Shown here one piece after another: positions 9,310 to 21,336 of a DNA stretch of 64,000 nucleotides. Positions within the stretch are counted from its first letter, which is position 1. Every line of letters begins with the position of its first letter. Origin of the DNA: Bdellovibrionales bacterium (lineage in GTDB: Bacteria > Bdellovibrionota > Bdellovibrionia > Bdellovibrionales > UBA1609); NCBI GenBank assembly GCA_022450595.1, contig JAKUPT010000006.1, positions 5,319 through 69,318 of the forward strand, in the 5' to 3' direction. The translations under genes and the position numbers were made by a program. A model generated the notes under the pieces. That model was given only the letters and a program-made list of their open reading frames with translations. It did not search any database and was not told the DNA's origin.

Positions 9310-10797
9310 ATGGATGATATTAGAGGTTCAAAAACAGTAGATTTCACCTACTCAAACTACACCGCCATCATTAGCGACTTGCACTTGTGCGAGGCTGAGC
9401 CGGTAAACGAGCAGTACCCTTTATGGAAGAAGTACAAAACGGCAGAGTTTTTCTTTGATGAGGAGCTTTGTCAATTTCTAGACAAGATTCAAAATATGTC
9501 TGGTGGCGACTCGGTGGAGCTTGTGTTAAATGGTGACGTGTTTGATTTCGACTCTGTCAGTTCTATTCCTGAACATCCTCCTTACCGAGTCACTAAAATA
9601 GAAAAGCTTAGTGGCTTACATCCACAAGAAAATAAGTCGGTTTATAAAATAAAAAAAATTTTAAAAGACCATCAAGGTTGGGTGAACAAACTCAGTGAGT
9701 TTATTTGTAACGGCAACAAAGTGATTATTGTTATTGGTAACCATGACCTTGAACTTCATTGGCCTCAGGTCCAACAAGAAATTGTTAAAGCATTAAAATT
9801 GCCCGAAGAGTTTCGTGGTTATGTTCGCTTCACAGAATGGTTTTATATTAGCAACAAAGACACCCATATTGAGCACGGCAATCAGTATGATCCTTACTGT
9901 TTAGCCCAAGACCCCATTAATCCCTTTATTAAACGCTTTAATAGGGTTGAGGTTAGGGTGCCCTTTGGCAACTTGGCGACAAGATATATGATCAATAATA
10001 TGGGATTTTTCAATCCTCATGTAGAATCCAATTTTATTATGTCCGCCAAAGAGTACATTTTGTTCTTTTTTAAGTACGTGGTGAGGGCTCAGCCTCTATT
10101 AATGTGGACTTGGATTAAAACAGCAACGATGACTTTGTTTCACTCTTTTACTAATCGTTTACTTCCAAGTTATAAGGACCCATTAAGAATAGAAGACAAA
10201 ATTCAAAGTATTGCATTAAAAGCCAATGCCACTCCTCGCATGGTGCGAGAGCTTAAAGAGCTTACAGTGTCTCCGGCTTCTAGCAATCCATTATTGATTG
10301 CTCGTGAGCTGTGGTTAGACCGAGCCTTTATTGCAATGATTGGTCTTTATGTCATCTTTCATTTAATTTTATATATTAAAACAGTCACTGGCATTTCTAT
10401 CTTTTGGATGTTTATTCCACTTTTGATGTTTTTACCCTTTTTTATTTTTTACTCAAAGTCGATCTATTCAGACGTTCATGAATACAAAGAGCCTAAAGAC
10501 CGCATTATGTGGATGATCAGTATGATCACCCGATGTAAGCGCGTGGTGTTTGGCCACACCCATGAAGTTAGACATGAGTTGATCGGCCCCGTTGAGCACC
10601 TTAATAGCGGCACATGGTCGCCAGCCTTTAAAGACGTGGAGTGCACCATAGCTGCAGACGCAAAAACTTTTGTTTGGATTCGCCCCGCCAATAATCCCGA
10701 CCAAGGGCGCGTGGCGGAACTTTTAAGGTTTCAAAAAGAGACAGATTCGGTGCAAACCGAGCAAAAACAAAGCGCCAAAGTTTTAGCAAAAGCCTAG
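9310..10797 (+). CDS. Membrane-associated calcineurin-like metallophosphoesterase
   Basis: SDLHL, NGDVFDF, GNHDLE, HGN and GHTH motifs in the canonical order, with hydrophobic helices around aa 335-385. Confidence 0.7.
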   Translation: MDDIRGSKTVDFTYSNYTAIISDLHLCEAEPVNEQYPLWKKYKTAEFFFDEELCQFLDKIQNMSGGDSVELVLNGDVFDFDSVSSIPEHPPYRVTKIEKLSGLHPQENKSVYKIKKILKDHQGWVNKLSEFICNGNKVIIVIGNHDLELHWPQVQQEIVKALKLPEEFRGYVRFTEWFYISNKDTHIEHGNQYDPYCLAQDPINPFIKRFNRVEVRVPFGNLATRYMINNMGFFNPHVESNFIMSAKEYILFFFKYVVRAQPLLMWTWIKTATMTLFHSFTNRLLPSYKDPLRIEDKIQSIALKANATPRMVRELKELTVSPASSNPLLIARELWLDRAFIAMIGLYVIFHLILYIKTVTGISIFWMFIPLLMFLPFFIFYSKSIYSDVHEYKEPKDRIMWMISMITRCKRVVFGHTHEVRHELIGPVEHLNSGTWSPAFKDVECTIAADAKTFVWIRPANNPDQGRVAELLRFQKETDSVQTEQKQSAKVLAKA

Positions 10798-10829
10798 CTC
10801 TTCCGAATAATAAATATTGGAGGATCATA

Positions 10830-11696
10830 ATGACGTTGATTATCACACTGTTGTTAAGCTTTACTGCTCATGCCCAAGTCGACACACAAAAAACCAATCT
10901 ATTATTAAAAAGTATTTTGCCGGCAGAGTACGAGCTTGAAGTAGCCTCAAAAATTTCAGAATCAGAATATATGTTTGTACCCCAACAAAAGAACTCAAGA
11001 ACTAATCTTTTAAGGACACGGGAAGGGACTTTGCTTTCCGATAATGTTGAGGACTTAGAAGACAGCAATGTCATTGTTCAATCATTAAGCAAAGGTGGGG
11101 CCTTTTTTTTATATGCAGCCCAAAAAGAGGATAACAATTGGAACATGTACAGGTATACGGATGGTAACTTCAGTGATAAGCAACTGACTTTTTGTGAAAC
11201 ACAAAGAAAGCCGGATAAAGAAACGAAGAGTATTTTTGGAAAAATTAAAAAGGGCTTTAAAGCGGCTGCTGCCACTATGTCGCGAACAGATATACATTGT
11301 GTAGCTGCTAGCGAGAGAATCTGTAGAAAACCCTTATCAGAATGGCCACAGGGAACCAAAATAAGTAAAGTAAAGTTTAGTGAATTTTTAGGCAGTGATG
11401 AAGGCGGTATCAATGAGTACATTCAATTTTCTTGGGGACAATCAACATCTCTGAGAGACCGAATGAGTAACATCTATAAAATAGATAATTTTGAAGTAAA
11501 GAACCGAATCAAAGAGGCCTATGAGATGGACGATGGATTTGAGGGTGATGCCGTCCGCGGAGCTGTCGTGGCCCAAGTCAAAAGTCTGTGTGCCAAGGCC
11601 TGGCCAAAGCATAAAATGGAGCTCCAAGGGATACCTGTAAAGGGCAAAAAACGCGGCGCGCCAAGTCTTCAAAAGACCAATCAGGGCGTAAGATAA
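10830..11696 (+). CDS. Hypothetical secreted protein
   Basis: Signal peptide MTLIITLLLSFTAHA. 288 aa, no motif recognised. Confidence 0.55.
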   Translation: MTLIITLLLSFTAHAQVDTQKTNLLLKSILPAEYELEVASKISESEYMFVPQQKNSRTNLLRTREGTLLSDNVEDLEDSNVIVQSLSKGGAFFLYAAQKEDNNWNMYRYTDGNFSDKQLTFCETQRKPDKETKSIFGKIKKGFKAAAATMSRTDIHCVAASERICRKPLSEWPQGTKISKVKFSEFLGSDEGGINEYIQFSWGQSTSLRDRMSNIYKIDNFEVKNRIKEAYEMDDGFEGDAVRGAVVAQVKSLCAKAWPKHKMELQGIPVKGKKRGAPSLQKTNQGVR

Positions 11697-11848
11697 GGCG
11701 GTCTTATCAGGGCGGGTCAAAAGCTGTAACTGGCTTATTTTTCAGATGAAATCAAAAATATTTAACTTTCAGGCTGAAAAAGCGTTTTCTTACAGGTGAA
11801 TGTGAGATACTCTGGATGTCGTCGTACACGATTACAACGGAGGAAAGC

Positions 11849-12043
11849 ATGGCTGACGTATTAGTAGTAACAAGTAAAGTTAAAAAATTAATCAAAGAGC
11901 AAGGTGGATGTAACACCTCTTCTGAAACAGTTGAAACTTTAAGTAAAGCTGTTGAGCAACTTTGCAGAAAAGGTATCGAAACTGCAAAAGCTGACGGTCG
12001 TAAAACTGTTATGGCAAGAGATATTCCTATCGACCATATCTAA
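11849..12043 (+). CDS. Bacterial histone-fold protein (DUF1931 / Bdellovibrio Bd0055 'HBb'-like)
   Basis: The ATG at 11849 is preceded by GGAGGA. The 64-aa product is MADVLVVTSKVKKLIKEQGGCNTSSETVETLSKAVEQLCRKGIETAKADGRKTVMARDIPIDHI. From memory this closely resembles the Bdellovibrio histone, including the DGRKTVMARD motif. A strong terminator follows. Confidence 0.75.
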   Translation: MADVLVVTSKVKKLIKEQGGCNTSSETVETLSKAVEQLCRKGIETAKADGRKTVMARDIPIDHI

Positions 12044-12065
12044 GCTCTATTTAAAAATTAAATAA

Positions 12066-12098
12066 TTTAAAAAAAGCACCGCAATTGTGGTGCTTTTT

Positions 12099-12100
<2 letters not shown>
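12066..12100. terminator. Bidirectional rho-independent terminator (histone gene / ligA)
   Basis: Stem agcaccgc (12075-12082) pairs with gtggtgct (12087-12094). An A-run lies upstream and a T-run downstream. It abuts the ligA stop at 12099. Confidence 0.8.
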
Positions 12101-14225
<2,125 letters not shown>

Positions 14226-14305
14226 TTAAAACATATTTTTTTGATAAAACTTTCATGTGTTTGAGGGCTAATTAAAAGCAAAGCTTGATTGAGGTGGCAC
14301 AAAGA

Positions 14306-15151
14306 GTGCAAATTATGTCACTTATGCTTAAATCATTTCTTCTTACTCTTATTTTTGTTCCCAGTCTTGCACTTGCTGACACTCCCTTAAACTTTGAGTA
14401 CTCTCTCGAATGCTTTTTCGATATTAGCTGTAAGAAAAAGAGAGTGAATTGGGCTTTTCAGGAGATGCAGGCTCAGTTTGTAAAAGCTAACTATAATTAC
14501 GAGCAGTTTTTAAAAATGTCGGTAGACGAGTCTTACTCTCCCTATGATCGCATCCAGATCACAACAATGAATCTTAAAAACTACAACCAAGAGTTGAACT
14601 CTTTTATCCAGTATTATGAGTTTGTTTTAGAAAACGCACACAACTTATCAAAAGAAAATCAACAGCTCGTTTTGGCGGTGTCGTATATTTTAGCCAGACT
14701 GGTCATTCCAGATGAACTAGAAGTGAGCCAAGAAATTGTTGAGCAACTACCAAAGAAAGATCAAAGCGAAATCACCTATCTTCAGGACACGAGAGCCAAG
14801 CTCCTAAAGCTTGCAAGCCATCAAAATGTAGAGCGAGATCTTATGGTGGACACTGAAGGTAATGGCGACATTTTTTATTTTGCTTATGGAGGCATAGAAA
14901 TCCAAGATATGCTTATGGGCGTGGTCGCATATAGCATCGAAGAATACGGTGTTTATGTGGTTTCAGACCTTGAAGTCCTTAAAATTGTGGAGCCCCTTGT
15001 GCAGGCAAGTGCCACAAAAACTGTGGTGGATCTGGACACTTATGTTCGGGTTAAGGAACTAGAAAGGGCGCTAAAAGACTTTTTAGAGGAAAACTCTGAT
15101 AAAGCAGACGAAAAATCACCAAAGACTGTGCCAGTAGGCCCGTTTAATTAA
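14306..15151 (+). CDS. Hypothetical secreted protein
   Basis: ORF 14285..15151. The in-frame GTG at 14306 lies 8 nt after GAGGTGG. Signal peptide ..MLKSFLLTLIFVPSLALA. The start is uncertain. Confidence 0.5.
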   Translation: MQIMSLMLKSFLLTLIFVPSLALADTPLNFEYSLECFFDISCKKKRVNWAFQEMQAQFVKANYNYEQFLKMSVDESYSPYDRIQITTMNLKNYNQELNSFIQYYEFVLENAHNLSKENQQLVLAVSYILARLVIPDELEVSQEIVEQLPKKDQSEITYLQDTRAKLLKLASHQNVERDLMVDTEGNGDIFYFAYGGIEIQDMLMGVVAYSIEEYGVYVVSDLEVLKIVEPLVQASATKTVVDLDTYVRVKELERALKDFLEENSDKADEKSPKTVPVGPFN

Positions 15152-15245
15152 GTAAACATTTCAACATCTTATTTATTTAGCGAAACACTTTGTTGAACTC
15201 TGTCAGAGCATAAGCTATGACTGATTTTTTAATGAGGAGGCACTC

Positions 15246-15515
15246 ATGGATATAGATAATGTGGCAAAACTGGCTCGATTAACTCTTTCTGAAGAAGAGA
15301 GTAAAGCCTTTACGGAACAGTTTGATTCCATTTTAAATTATTTTGAACAGATTAAAAATGTCGACACCGCAAATGTGGAGCCTATGGTTACACCTACTGA
15401 TATTGCTTTGTACTTAAGAAAAGACGAAGCGAAAGAGTGGGAAGGCAGCACTCAGGTATTAGAAGCGGCGCCAGAGACTTCAGGCCAACTGTTTACAGTT
15501 CCACCGGTAGTATAA
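15246..15515 (+). CDS. gatC: Glu/Asp-tRNA amidotransferase subunit C
   Basis: 89 aa starting VAKLARLTLSEEE. Lies directly upstream of gatA and gatB. Confidence 0.9.
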   Translation: MDIDNVAKLARLTLSEEESKAFTEQFDSILNYFEQIKNVDTANVEPMVTPTDIALYLRKDEAKEWEGSTQVLEAAPETSGQLFTVPPVV

Positions 15516-15526
15516 GGGAGCATGTG

Positions 15527-16999
15527 ATGAGTGATATTTTAAAATCTAGTATTTCTGAACTAAAAGAAAAGCTCGACAGCAAACAAGTAAAGCCCTCAGA
15601 GCTTGCAGAGGCCTATTTAGGGCAAATCAATAAGCTCAACTCTGACATTAATGCCTATATCTCTGTGAATGAGAGTTTAATGGATGAGGCAAAGGCCTTA
15701 GATTCAAAACAGGAAAAGGGTGAGTTAAGCGGAAAGCTTGCGGGAATTCCCTTGGGCATAAAAGACTTACTTTGCGTCAAAGGTCAGCGAAACACTGCGG
15801 GCTCAAAAATTTTGGAAAACTTTGTAGCTCCCTACACTTCAACCGTATCACAAAAATTATTAGATGAAGGAGCCTTAGTGCTTGGCAAATGCAATCTTGA
15901 TGAGTTTGCTATGGGCTCAAGTAATGAAACCTCCTATTACGGAAAAGTAAAAAACCCTTGGAATTATGAATATGTTCCCGGCGGTTCTAGTGGTGGGTCC
16001 GCGGCAGCAGTGGCCGCCGGAATGGCCGCAGCGACCATTGGAACTGATACTGGAGGATCTGTTCGTCAGCCGGCCAGTTTTTGTGGGATTGTGGGAGTTA
16101 AACCAACCTACGGCCGAGTGAGTCGTTATGGAATTGTGGCTTTTGCCTCAAGCTTAGATCAGGCCGGTCCAATGACAAGAACGGTAAAAGATGCGGCTTT
16201 AATGTCTGAGGTGATTTCTGGTCATGATCCTTACGATCAAACAACGGCTCAAGAGGCTGTTCCTGAGTGGTCAAAGTCTTTAAAGCAAGACCTTAAAGGA
16301 TTAAAAATTGGACTCCCAAAAGAGTACTTTACAGACGCCATCACAGAGGACACTAAAAAGGTTGTTGATAACGCCATTGAGATTGTGAAAAAAAGAGGCG
16401 CAGAAGTTATAGAGGTGTCTTTACCTTTAGTAAAACATGCTGTGCCGGTTTACTACCTTGTGGCTACCAGTGAGGCTTCAAGTAACTTAAGCAGATACGA
16501 TGGTGTTCGATATGGTTACAGGTCTGATTTTTCAAAAAAGCCAGCAGAAAGCTTAGAAGAGTTTTATTCACGAACACGTGGAGAGGGCTTTGGCTCTGAG
16601 GTGAAACGAAGAATTATTTTAGGGACATACTGTTTATCTAGTGGTTACTATGATGCCTATTACAAAAAGGCCTGTCAGGTGAGAAGACTTATCAGAGACG
16701 AGTTTATGCAGGCCTTTAACTCCTGTGATGTGATGTTAAGTCCAGTGACAACCTCTCCGGCATTTAAAGCTGGGGAAAGAATTAATGATCCCGTTCAAAT
16801 GTACAGCAACGATATTTTTACCACATCAACAAACTTAGCAGGTCTTCCCGGCATGAGTGTGCCAGGTGGCTTCTCTCAAGAGGGTCTTCCAATCGGGATT
16901 CAGTTAACCGCCGCCCATTTTCAAGAGCAAAAAATGTTTGATGTGGCTTACAGTATAGAACAAGAATTACAATTAAAAGAGGTTCCAAATGTCTTATAG
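15527..16999 (+). CDS. gatA: Glu/Asp-tRNA amidotransferase subunit A
   Basis: Amidase signature GGSSGGSAAAVA. The true start is the ATG at 15527 (MSDILK) after AAGGGAG. The track's 5' extension overlaps gatC. Confidence 0.93.
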   Translation: MSDILKSSISELKEKLDSKQVKPSELAEAYLGQINKLNSDINAYISVNESLMDEAKALDSKQEKGELSGKLAGIPLGIKDLLCVKGQRNTAGSKILENFVAPYTSTVSQKLLDEGALVLGKCNLDEFAMGSSNETSYYGKVKNPWNYEYVPGGSSGGSAAAVAAGMAAATIGTDTGGSVRQPASFCGIVGVKPTYGRVSRYGIVAFASSLDQAGPMTRTVKDAALMSEVISGHDPYDQTTAQEAVPEWSKSLKQDLKGLKIGLPKEYFTDAITEDTKKVVDNAIEIVKKRGAEVIEVSLPLVKHAVPVYYLVATSEASSNLSRYDGVRYGYRSDFSKKPAESLEEFYSRTRGEGFGSEVKRRIILGTYCLSSGYYDAYYKKACQVRRLIRDEFMQAFNSCDVMLSPVTTSPAFKAGERINDPVQMYSNDIFTTSTNLAGLPGMSVPGGFSQEGLPIGIQLTAAHFQEQKMFDVAYSIEQELQLKEVPNVL

Positions 17000-18419
17000 T
17001 GATTGGGAAGTTGTAATTGGTCTTGAGATTCACGCGCAACTTAAAACAGATTCAAAAATGTTTTCAGAGGACTCCACACAGTTTGGTGGGGGAGACAATA
17101 AAAACACAAGTCCTGTAAGCTTTGGTCTGCCAGGAGCATTGCCTGTGACCAATGAAAAAGCAGTTGAAATGTCTGTAAAAACAGGCCTAGCGCTGAATTG
17201 TAGTATTCGAGAGAAGTCTGTTTTTGCGAGAAAAAACTATTTTTATCCTGACCTTCCAAAAGGCTATCAAATTTCTCAATACGATGAGCCAATCTGTGAA
17301 GAAGGCTACATCGATATTCTTTTAGATGGCGAGAAAAAACGCATTGGTATTGAGCGTGCTCATATGGAAGAAGATGCGGGAAAATCCACTCACCATGGAG
17401 AATACACTTTAATTAACTTAAACCGTGCGGGAGTGCCTTTGCTAGAAATCGTGTCAAAGCCTGACATGAGATCAGCGAAAGAGGCGGCTCAGTATGCAAG
17501 GTCTGTTCGCTCTATTTTAAGATACATTGATATCTGCGATGGAAACCTAGAAGAGGGCTCCATGCGATGTGACTGTAACATCAGTGTGAGAAAACCGGGT
17601 GAACCACTTGGCACCAAGGTGGAGTTAAAAAACATCAACTCTTTTCGATTTGTTGAAAAGGCCATTGAATATGAAGCCCAAAGACAAGTTGATTTAAAAG
17701 AGGCGGGAGAAGAGATTCATCAAGAGACTCGTCTTTATGATTCCACAAAAAACCAAACCTTTTCTATGCGTAAAAAAGAAAATGCCCATGATTATAGATA
17801 TTTTCCAGACCCAGACTTGCTACCCGTGATTGTTGAGCAAAGTTGGATTGAGAATATTAAAAACAATTTACCAGAGCTTCCACTCAAAAAGGCAGAGCGC
17901 TTTCAGCAAGAGTATGGACTACCGGAATACGACGCCTTTGTTCTAACCACAGAAAGAGAAATGGCCGAGTATTTTGAAACCACAGCCAAAGCCTGTGGCA
18001 ATGCGAAGTCTGCTTCTAACTGGATTATGGTGGAGCTTTTAAGACGACTTAACGACGCCGATCAAAGCATTGAAGACTCTCCCATCAAGGCAGATATGCT
18101 GGCCAAGCTGATTCAACTCATTGACAACAAAACAATCTCTGGAAAGATTGCTAAAACTGTTTTTCAAGACATGTATGACAGCGGTAAAGACCCAGAAGCA
18201 ATTGTTAAAGAAAAAGGCCTAACTCAGATCACCGACACCAGTGCCATTGAGAAAATGATCGATGAGATTATTGCAGCCAACCCAGGTCAAGTGGAACAGT
18301 ATAAGTCTGGTAAAAACAAACTGTTTGGCTTTTTTGTGGGGCAAGTGATGAAGGCTTCAAAAGGACAAGCCAACCCTGAGATGGTGAACCAAATTTTAAA
18401 ATCAAAACTAGATTCTTAA
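16989..18419 (+). CDS. gatB: Glu/Asp-tRNA amidotransferase subunit B
   Basis: 476 aa with WEVVIGLEIH, YFYPDLPKGYQISQ and a C-terminal YqeY-like tail. Overlaps gatA by 11 nt. Confidence 0.93.
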   Translation: MSYSDWEVVIGLEIHAQLKTDSKMFSEDSTQFGGGDNKNTSPVSFGLPGALPVTNEKAVEMSVKTGLALNCSIREKSVFARKNYFYPDLPKGYQISQYDEPICEEGYIDILLDGEKKRIGIERAHMEEDAGKSTHHGEYTLINLNRAGVPLLEIVSKPDMRSAKEAAQYARSVRSILRYIDICDGNLEEGSMRCDCNISVRKPGEPLGTKVELKNINSFRFVEKAIEYEAQRQVDLKEAGEEIHQETRLYDSTKNQTFSMRKKENAHDYRYFPDPDLLPVIVEQSWIENIKNNLPELPLKKAERFQQEYGLPEYDAFVLTTEREMAEYFETTAKACGNAKSASNWIMVELLRRLNDADQSIEDSPIKADMLAKLIQLIDNKTISGKIAKTVFQDMYDSGKDPEAIVKEKGLTQITDTSAIEKMIDEIIAANPGQVEQYKSGKNKLFGFFVGQVMKASKGQANPEMVNQILKSKLDS

Positions 18420-18440
18420 AAAAATATAAATAGAAGATTA

Positions 18441-18473
18441 AAAAAGAGACTGTATTTTTACAGTCTCTTTTTT
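18441..18473. terminator. Bidirectional rho-independent terminator
   Basis: gagactgta (18446-18454) pairs with tacagtctc (18459-18467), loop tttt. It is flanked by A- and T-runs and sits between convergent stops. Confidence 0.8.
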
Positions 18474-19746
18474 ATAGACTCTCAATCGCCTGAAGCTGAG
18501 CAAGCTGTGTTTGGGCAATTCTTAAAAAGTAAAATTGAGCTTCAGCAGAAACCAAATCAAAATACATCCAAAAGTTTGACTCATTGATCCCTAGCTTTTT
18601 AAAACTGGCAGCAGTGTTTTGTTCAAGCAGAGTGGACCCATTGGATTTTGGAAATCTAATAGCATTTGTTTGCGACCAAAAAAACATAAGTGGATCTTCA
18701 ATCTGTTTTTTATGATCAATATAACTTCTGTGCGGAAGCTCAAAAATAAAAACCTCTTGGGATTTGTCGGACAACAGTTCTAATCGGTATTTGTTATTAA
18801 TAATATGTGAAGGAGTCACTCCAAAAGCTAAAATTTTTGAAACCACATCAATGTCTTGTTTTTCATGAGACTTTAACTCTAACTTGTTTGCAGGCAAGTG
18901 CTCAACATAGGGAAACTTGCTTCTTGTTTCAAGGTAGTGGTTTAGAGTTCTTTCTATTAGCCGGTCTTTTTTGTTTTCTGCAAAGTTAATAATTTTTAAA
19001 GCCTGAGTATGAGACGACTGAAGGGTTTCAACCGCAGCTTGTACAGACGTGTAGTTTTTAAAAACCATATGTTGAAGAACTTCTTTGTAAGAGACAAAGT
19101 CACTGATAACACTCTCAAGAGTGTGAAGGTCGGCTTGTTTAAGAGAGTTTCTTTTATTCAAACTTGAGAGTTCTAAAATACGAGAAGAAAACATATCAAC
19201 AACGCGCGAGAGGCCATTAAAGCTTGAAGCCAAGTAGTCTGCACCATTTAATATGAGGTCCACCTGTTTATAAAGCTCAATGCTTTGATTGTGACGCTGG
19301 TTTAAAGACTCGGCCACTTGGGGAAATAACAAAGCGTTTTTAGTATAGATGTAGGCCTTGAGCGTGCTATTGAGAATGTCTTTTCCCCGAGACGATTTTA
19401 AGGTTAAAAGTTCACCATAGAGTTGATAGGTGGTTTGGATCTGACGACGGTACGATCTCATCAGCCCCAGGGCTTCATTAAGTGTATTGACCTTACTTAA
19501 AAACTCTTCGTTACTATATTTTTGAGTGGAAAGAACCACCTTGTTATTGGCAGAAGCAATCAGTGTTTCTAAGATCCCAATGCGCTCGTTCATGTGCCCA
19601 ATGATTTCTTTAAAGGTCTTCTCCGTTTCGAGAGACTTTATATTTTTAGGCTTAAAGTGAGCCACTGTAAAAATATCTTTACAGGTTAATGCTTGAGCCG
19701 AGGGGCCCAAAACAACAAACAAAGTGATAAGTAAAATAGCTTTCAT
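18472..19746 (-). CDS. Hypothetical secreted helical protein (carries the Cys-x3-Phe N-terminal motif)
   Basis: Signal peptide MKAILLITLFVVLGPSAQA followed by LTCKDIF. 424 aa, no catalytic motif recognised. Confidence 0.6.
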   Translation of the reverse strand: MKAILLITLFVVLGPSAQALTCKDIFTVAHFKPKNIKSLETEKTFKEIIGHMNERIGILETLIASANNKVVLSTQKYSNEEFLSKVNTLNEALGLMRSYRRQIQTTYQLYGELLTLKSSRGKDILNSTLKAYIYTKNALLFPQVAESLNQRHNQSIELYKQVDLILNGADYLASSFNGLSRVVDMFSSRILELSSLNKRNSLKQADLHTLESVISDFVSYKEVLQHMVFKNYTSVQAAVETLQSSHTQALKIINFAENKKDRLIERTLNHYLETRSKFPYVEHLPANKLELKSHEKQDIDVVSKILAFGVTPSHIINNKYRLELLSDKSQEVFIFELPHRSYIDHKKQIEDPLMFFWSQTNAIRFPKSNGSTLLEQNTAASFKKLGINESNFWMYFDLVSAEAQFYFLRIAQTQLAQLQAIESL

Positions 19747-19870
19747 AGCTTACGTCCTAAAAACATTTCATTTTAGTCCCAAACTGAGTATGATGAACTC
19801 AGTTAAAACCCTATATTCGCACCAGTAACACATTGAAGTGCAAATACTTAGCCAAACGAGGGGATTAAAG

Positions 19871-20797
19871 ATGAGAATTGCCAGCATAGATATGGGCTCT
19901 AATAGCTTTCTGCTTTTAATAGCCAAGGTGAACTCGTTAGGTGAACTAAAAACAGAGTTTGAAGATATTAAAGTGGTAAGACTCGGCGAGAAGGTTGATC
20001 AAACAGGCTGTTTTAGTCAAGAGGCCCTCTCAAGGGCAACTAAAGCACTTGGTGAGTTTCACAAAACCATTCAGGCTTATAACGTAGATTGGACGGAGGC
20101 GGTCACCACTTCAGCGGCTAGGAGAGCTTCTAATTTTTCAGATTTAAAGCTGATTACAGACTTATTAAATATACCTTTAAAAGTTATCTCCGGAGAAGAA
20201 GAGGCAAAGCTGACCTACTTAGGGGCTTGTGAAGTGCCCGGCGCTGTGATTGTTGATGTGGGTGGAGGCTCAACAGAAGTGGTGACAGAAAGACAAGGGA
20301 GTTACATAAGTCATAGTTTTGAATTTGGCAGCGTAAGACTCTTGGAAAAACACATCACACAACAGCCCATTAAAAAGACAGAACTTGAAGCTTTACAGTT
20401 AGACCTTCAAAGGCAACTTCAAGACCAAAAAAAATTTTTAAACGCCCTCAAAGGTCAGCCTGTGATTGCGGTGTCGGGCACACCAACGACATTGGCTGCA
20501 TTAATTAAAGATGTGGACTATAGCCCTGAGGTGATTGATGGTTTAGAGGTGACACAAGATCAAATGCAGCATTGGATAGACAGGCTTTCAACTTTAAGTG
20601 TTATTGAGCGGATGAACTTTAAAGCTCTCAAAGATTCTCCTAAAAGAGCGGATGTTATTGTTGTGGGAATAATGTGCCTACAGCAGACATTACAGGCTAT
20701 GGAGTGCAACAGTTTTAAGGTTTCTACCAAAGGGGTTAGGTATGGCATGGTTAAAGATATTTATTCTAAGCACAGCTTTGTGCTGGCCAACAAGTGA
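19871..20797 (+). CDS. Ppx/GppA-family phosphatase (short form)
   Basis: IASIDMGSNSFLLLI and DVGGGSTE ASKHA-fold motifs. The ATG at 19871 follows GAGGGGA. Confidence 0.8.
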   Translation: MRIASIDMGSNSFLLLIAKVNSLGELKTEFEDIKVVRLGEKVDQTGCFSQEALSRATKALGEFHKTIQAYNVDWTEAVTTSAARRASNFSDLKLITDLLNIPLKVISGEEEAKLTYLGACEVPGAVIVDVGGGSTEVVTERQGSYISHSFEFGSVRLLEKHITQQPIKKTELEALQLDLQRQLQDQKKFLNALKGQPVIAVSGTPTTLAALIKDVDYSPEVIDGLEVTQDQMQHWIDRLSTLSVIERMNFKALKDSPKRADVIVVGIMCLQQTLQAMECNSFKVSTKGVRYGMVKDIYSKHSFVLANK

Positions 20798-21179
20798 GAT
20801 TGAGTTTGAAAAAAAACAAATGCTTCTTGGAGAAAAAAAGTTAACGGTTGAAATAGCAGATAGCATTGAAAAAAGAAGCCAAGGTTTAATGTACAGACAA
20901 AAACTAAAGCCTGGGCAAGGCATGCTCTTTATTCATGATCAGCCAGAGGTGGCCGGTTACTGGATGAAAAACACTTTTATTGATTTGAGCATTGGTTTTT
21001 TTGATGAGAATAAAAAGCTTGTAGAAATATATGACTTAAAAAAAACACCATCAGTTTTATCTACTAGGTTTGACCAAGTGCAGAGTCGTAAAAAAGTTAA
21101 GTATGCCCTAGAGGTGCCTAAAGGCTGGTTTAAAGCTAACAACATTAAGCCCGGGGTAAAATTTAAGCTCATAGACTAA
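20742..21179 (+). CDS. DUF192 (COG1430) family protein
   Basis: ADSIEKRSQGLMYR...GMLF...MKNTFIDLSIGFFD matches the DUF192 pattern. With the signal-like N-terminus it overlaps ppx by 56 nt. An alternative ATG lies at 20820. Confidence 0.65.
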   Translation: MAWLKIFILSTALCWPTSEIEFEKKQMLLGEKKLTVEIADSIEKRSQGLMYRQKLKPGQGMLFIHDQPEVAGYWMKNTFIDLSIGFFDENKKLVEIYDLKKTPSVLSTRFDQVQSRKKVKYALEVPKGWFKANNIKPGVKFKLID

Positions 21180-21336
21180 GGTCTTGTTAAAAAGAAGTTT
21201 TTCTTGAATACCCCACAACCATGATCTGGATTTTACAACAAAGGGCTTTTTTTTAGAAAAATAATTACTCGTTGCAATGTCTTTATGTTGTAATGATAAT
21301 GGTTTATGTAAATCAAAAGCAGCTAAGGGACGGCCT

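Noticed and set aside
15437-15526. 5' extension of the gatA ORF in the track
   Set aside because: It overlaps gatC by about 80 nt. A canonical SD plus ATG at 15527 gives the conserved GatA N-terminus.
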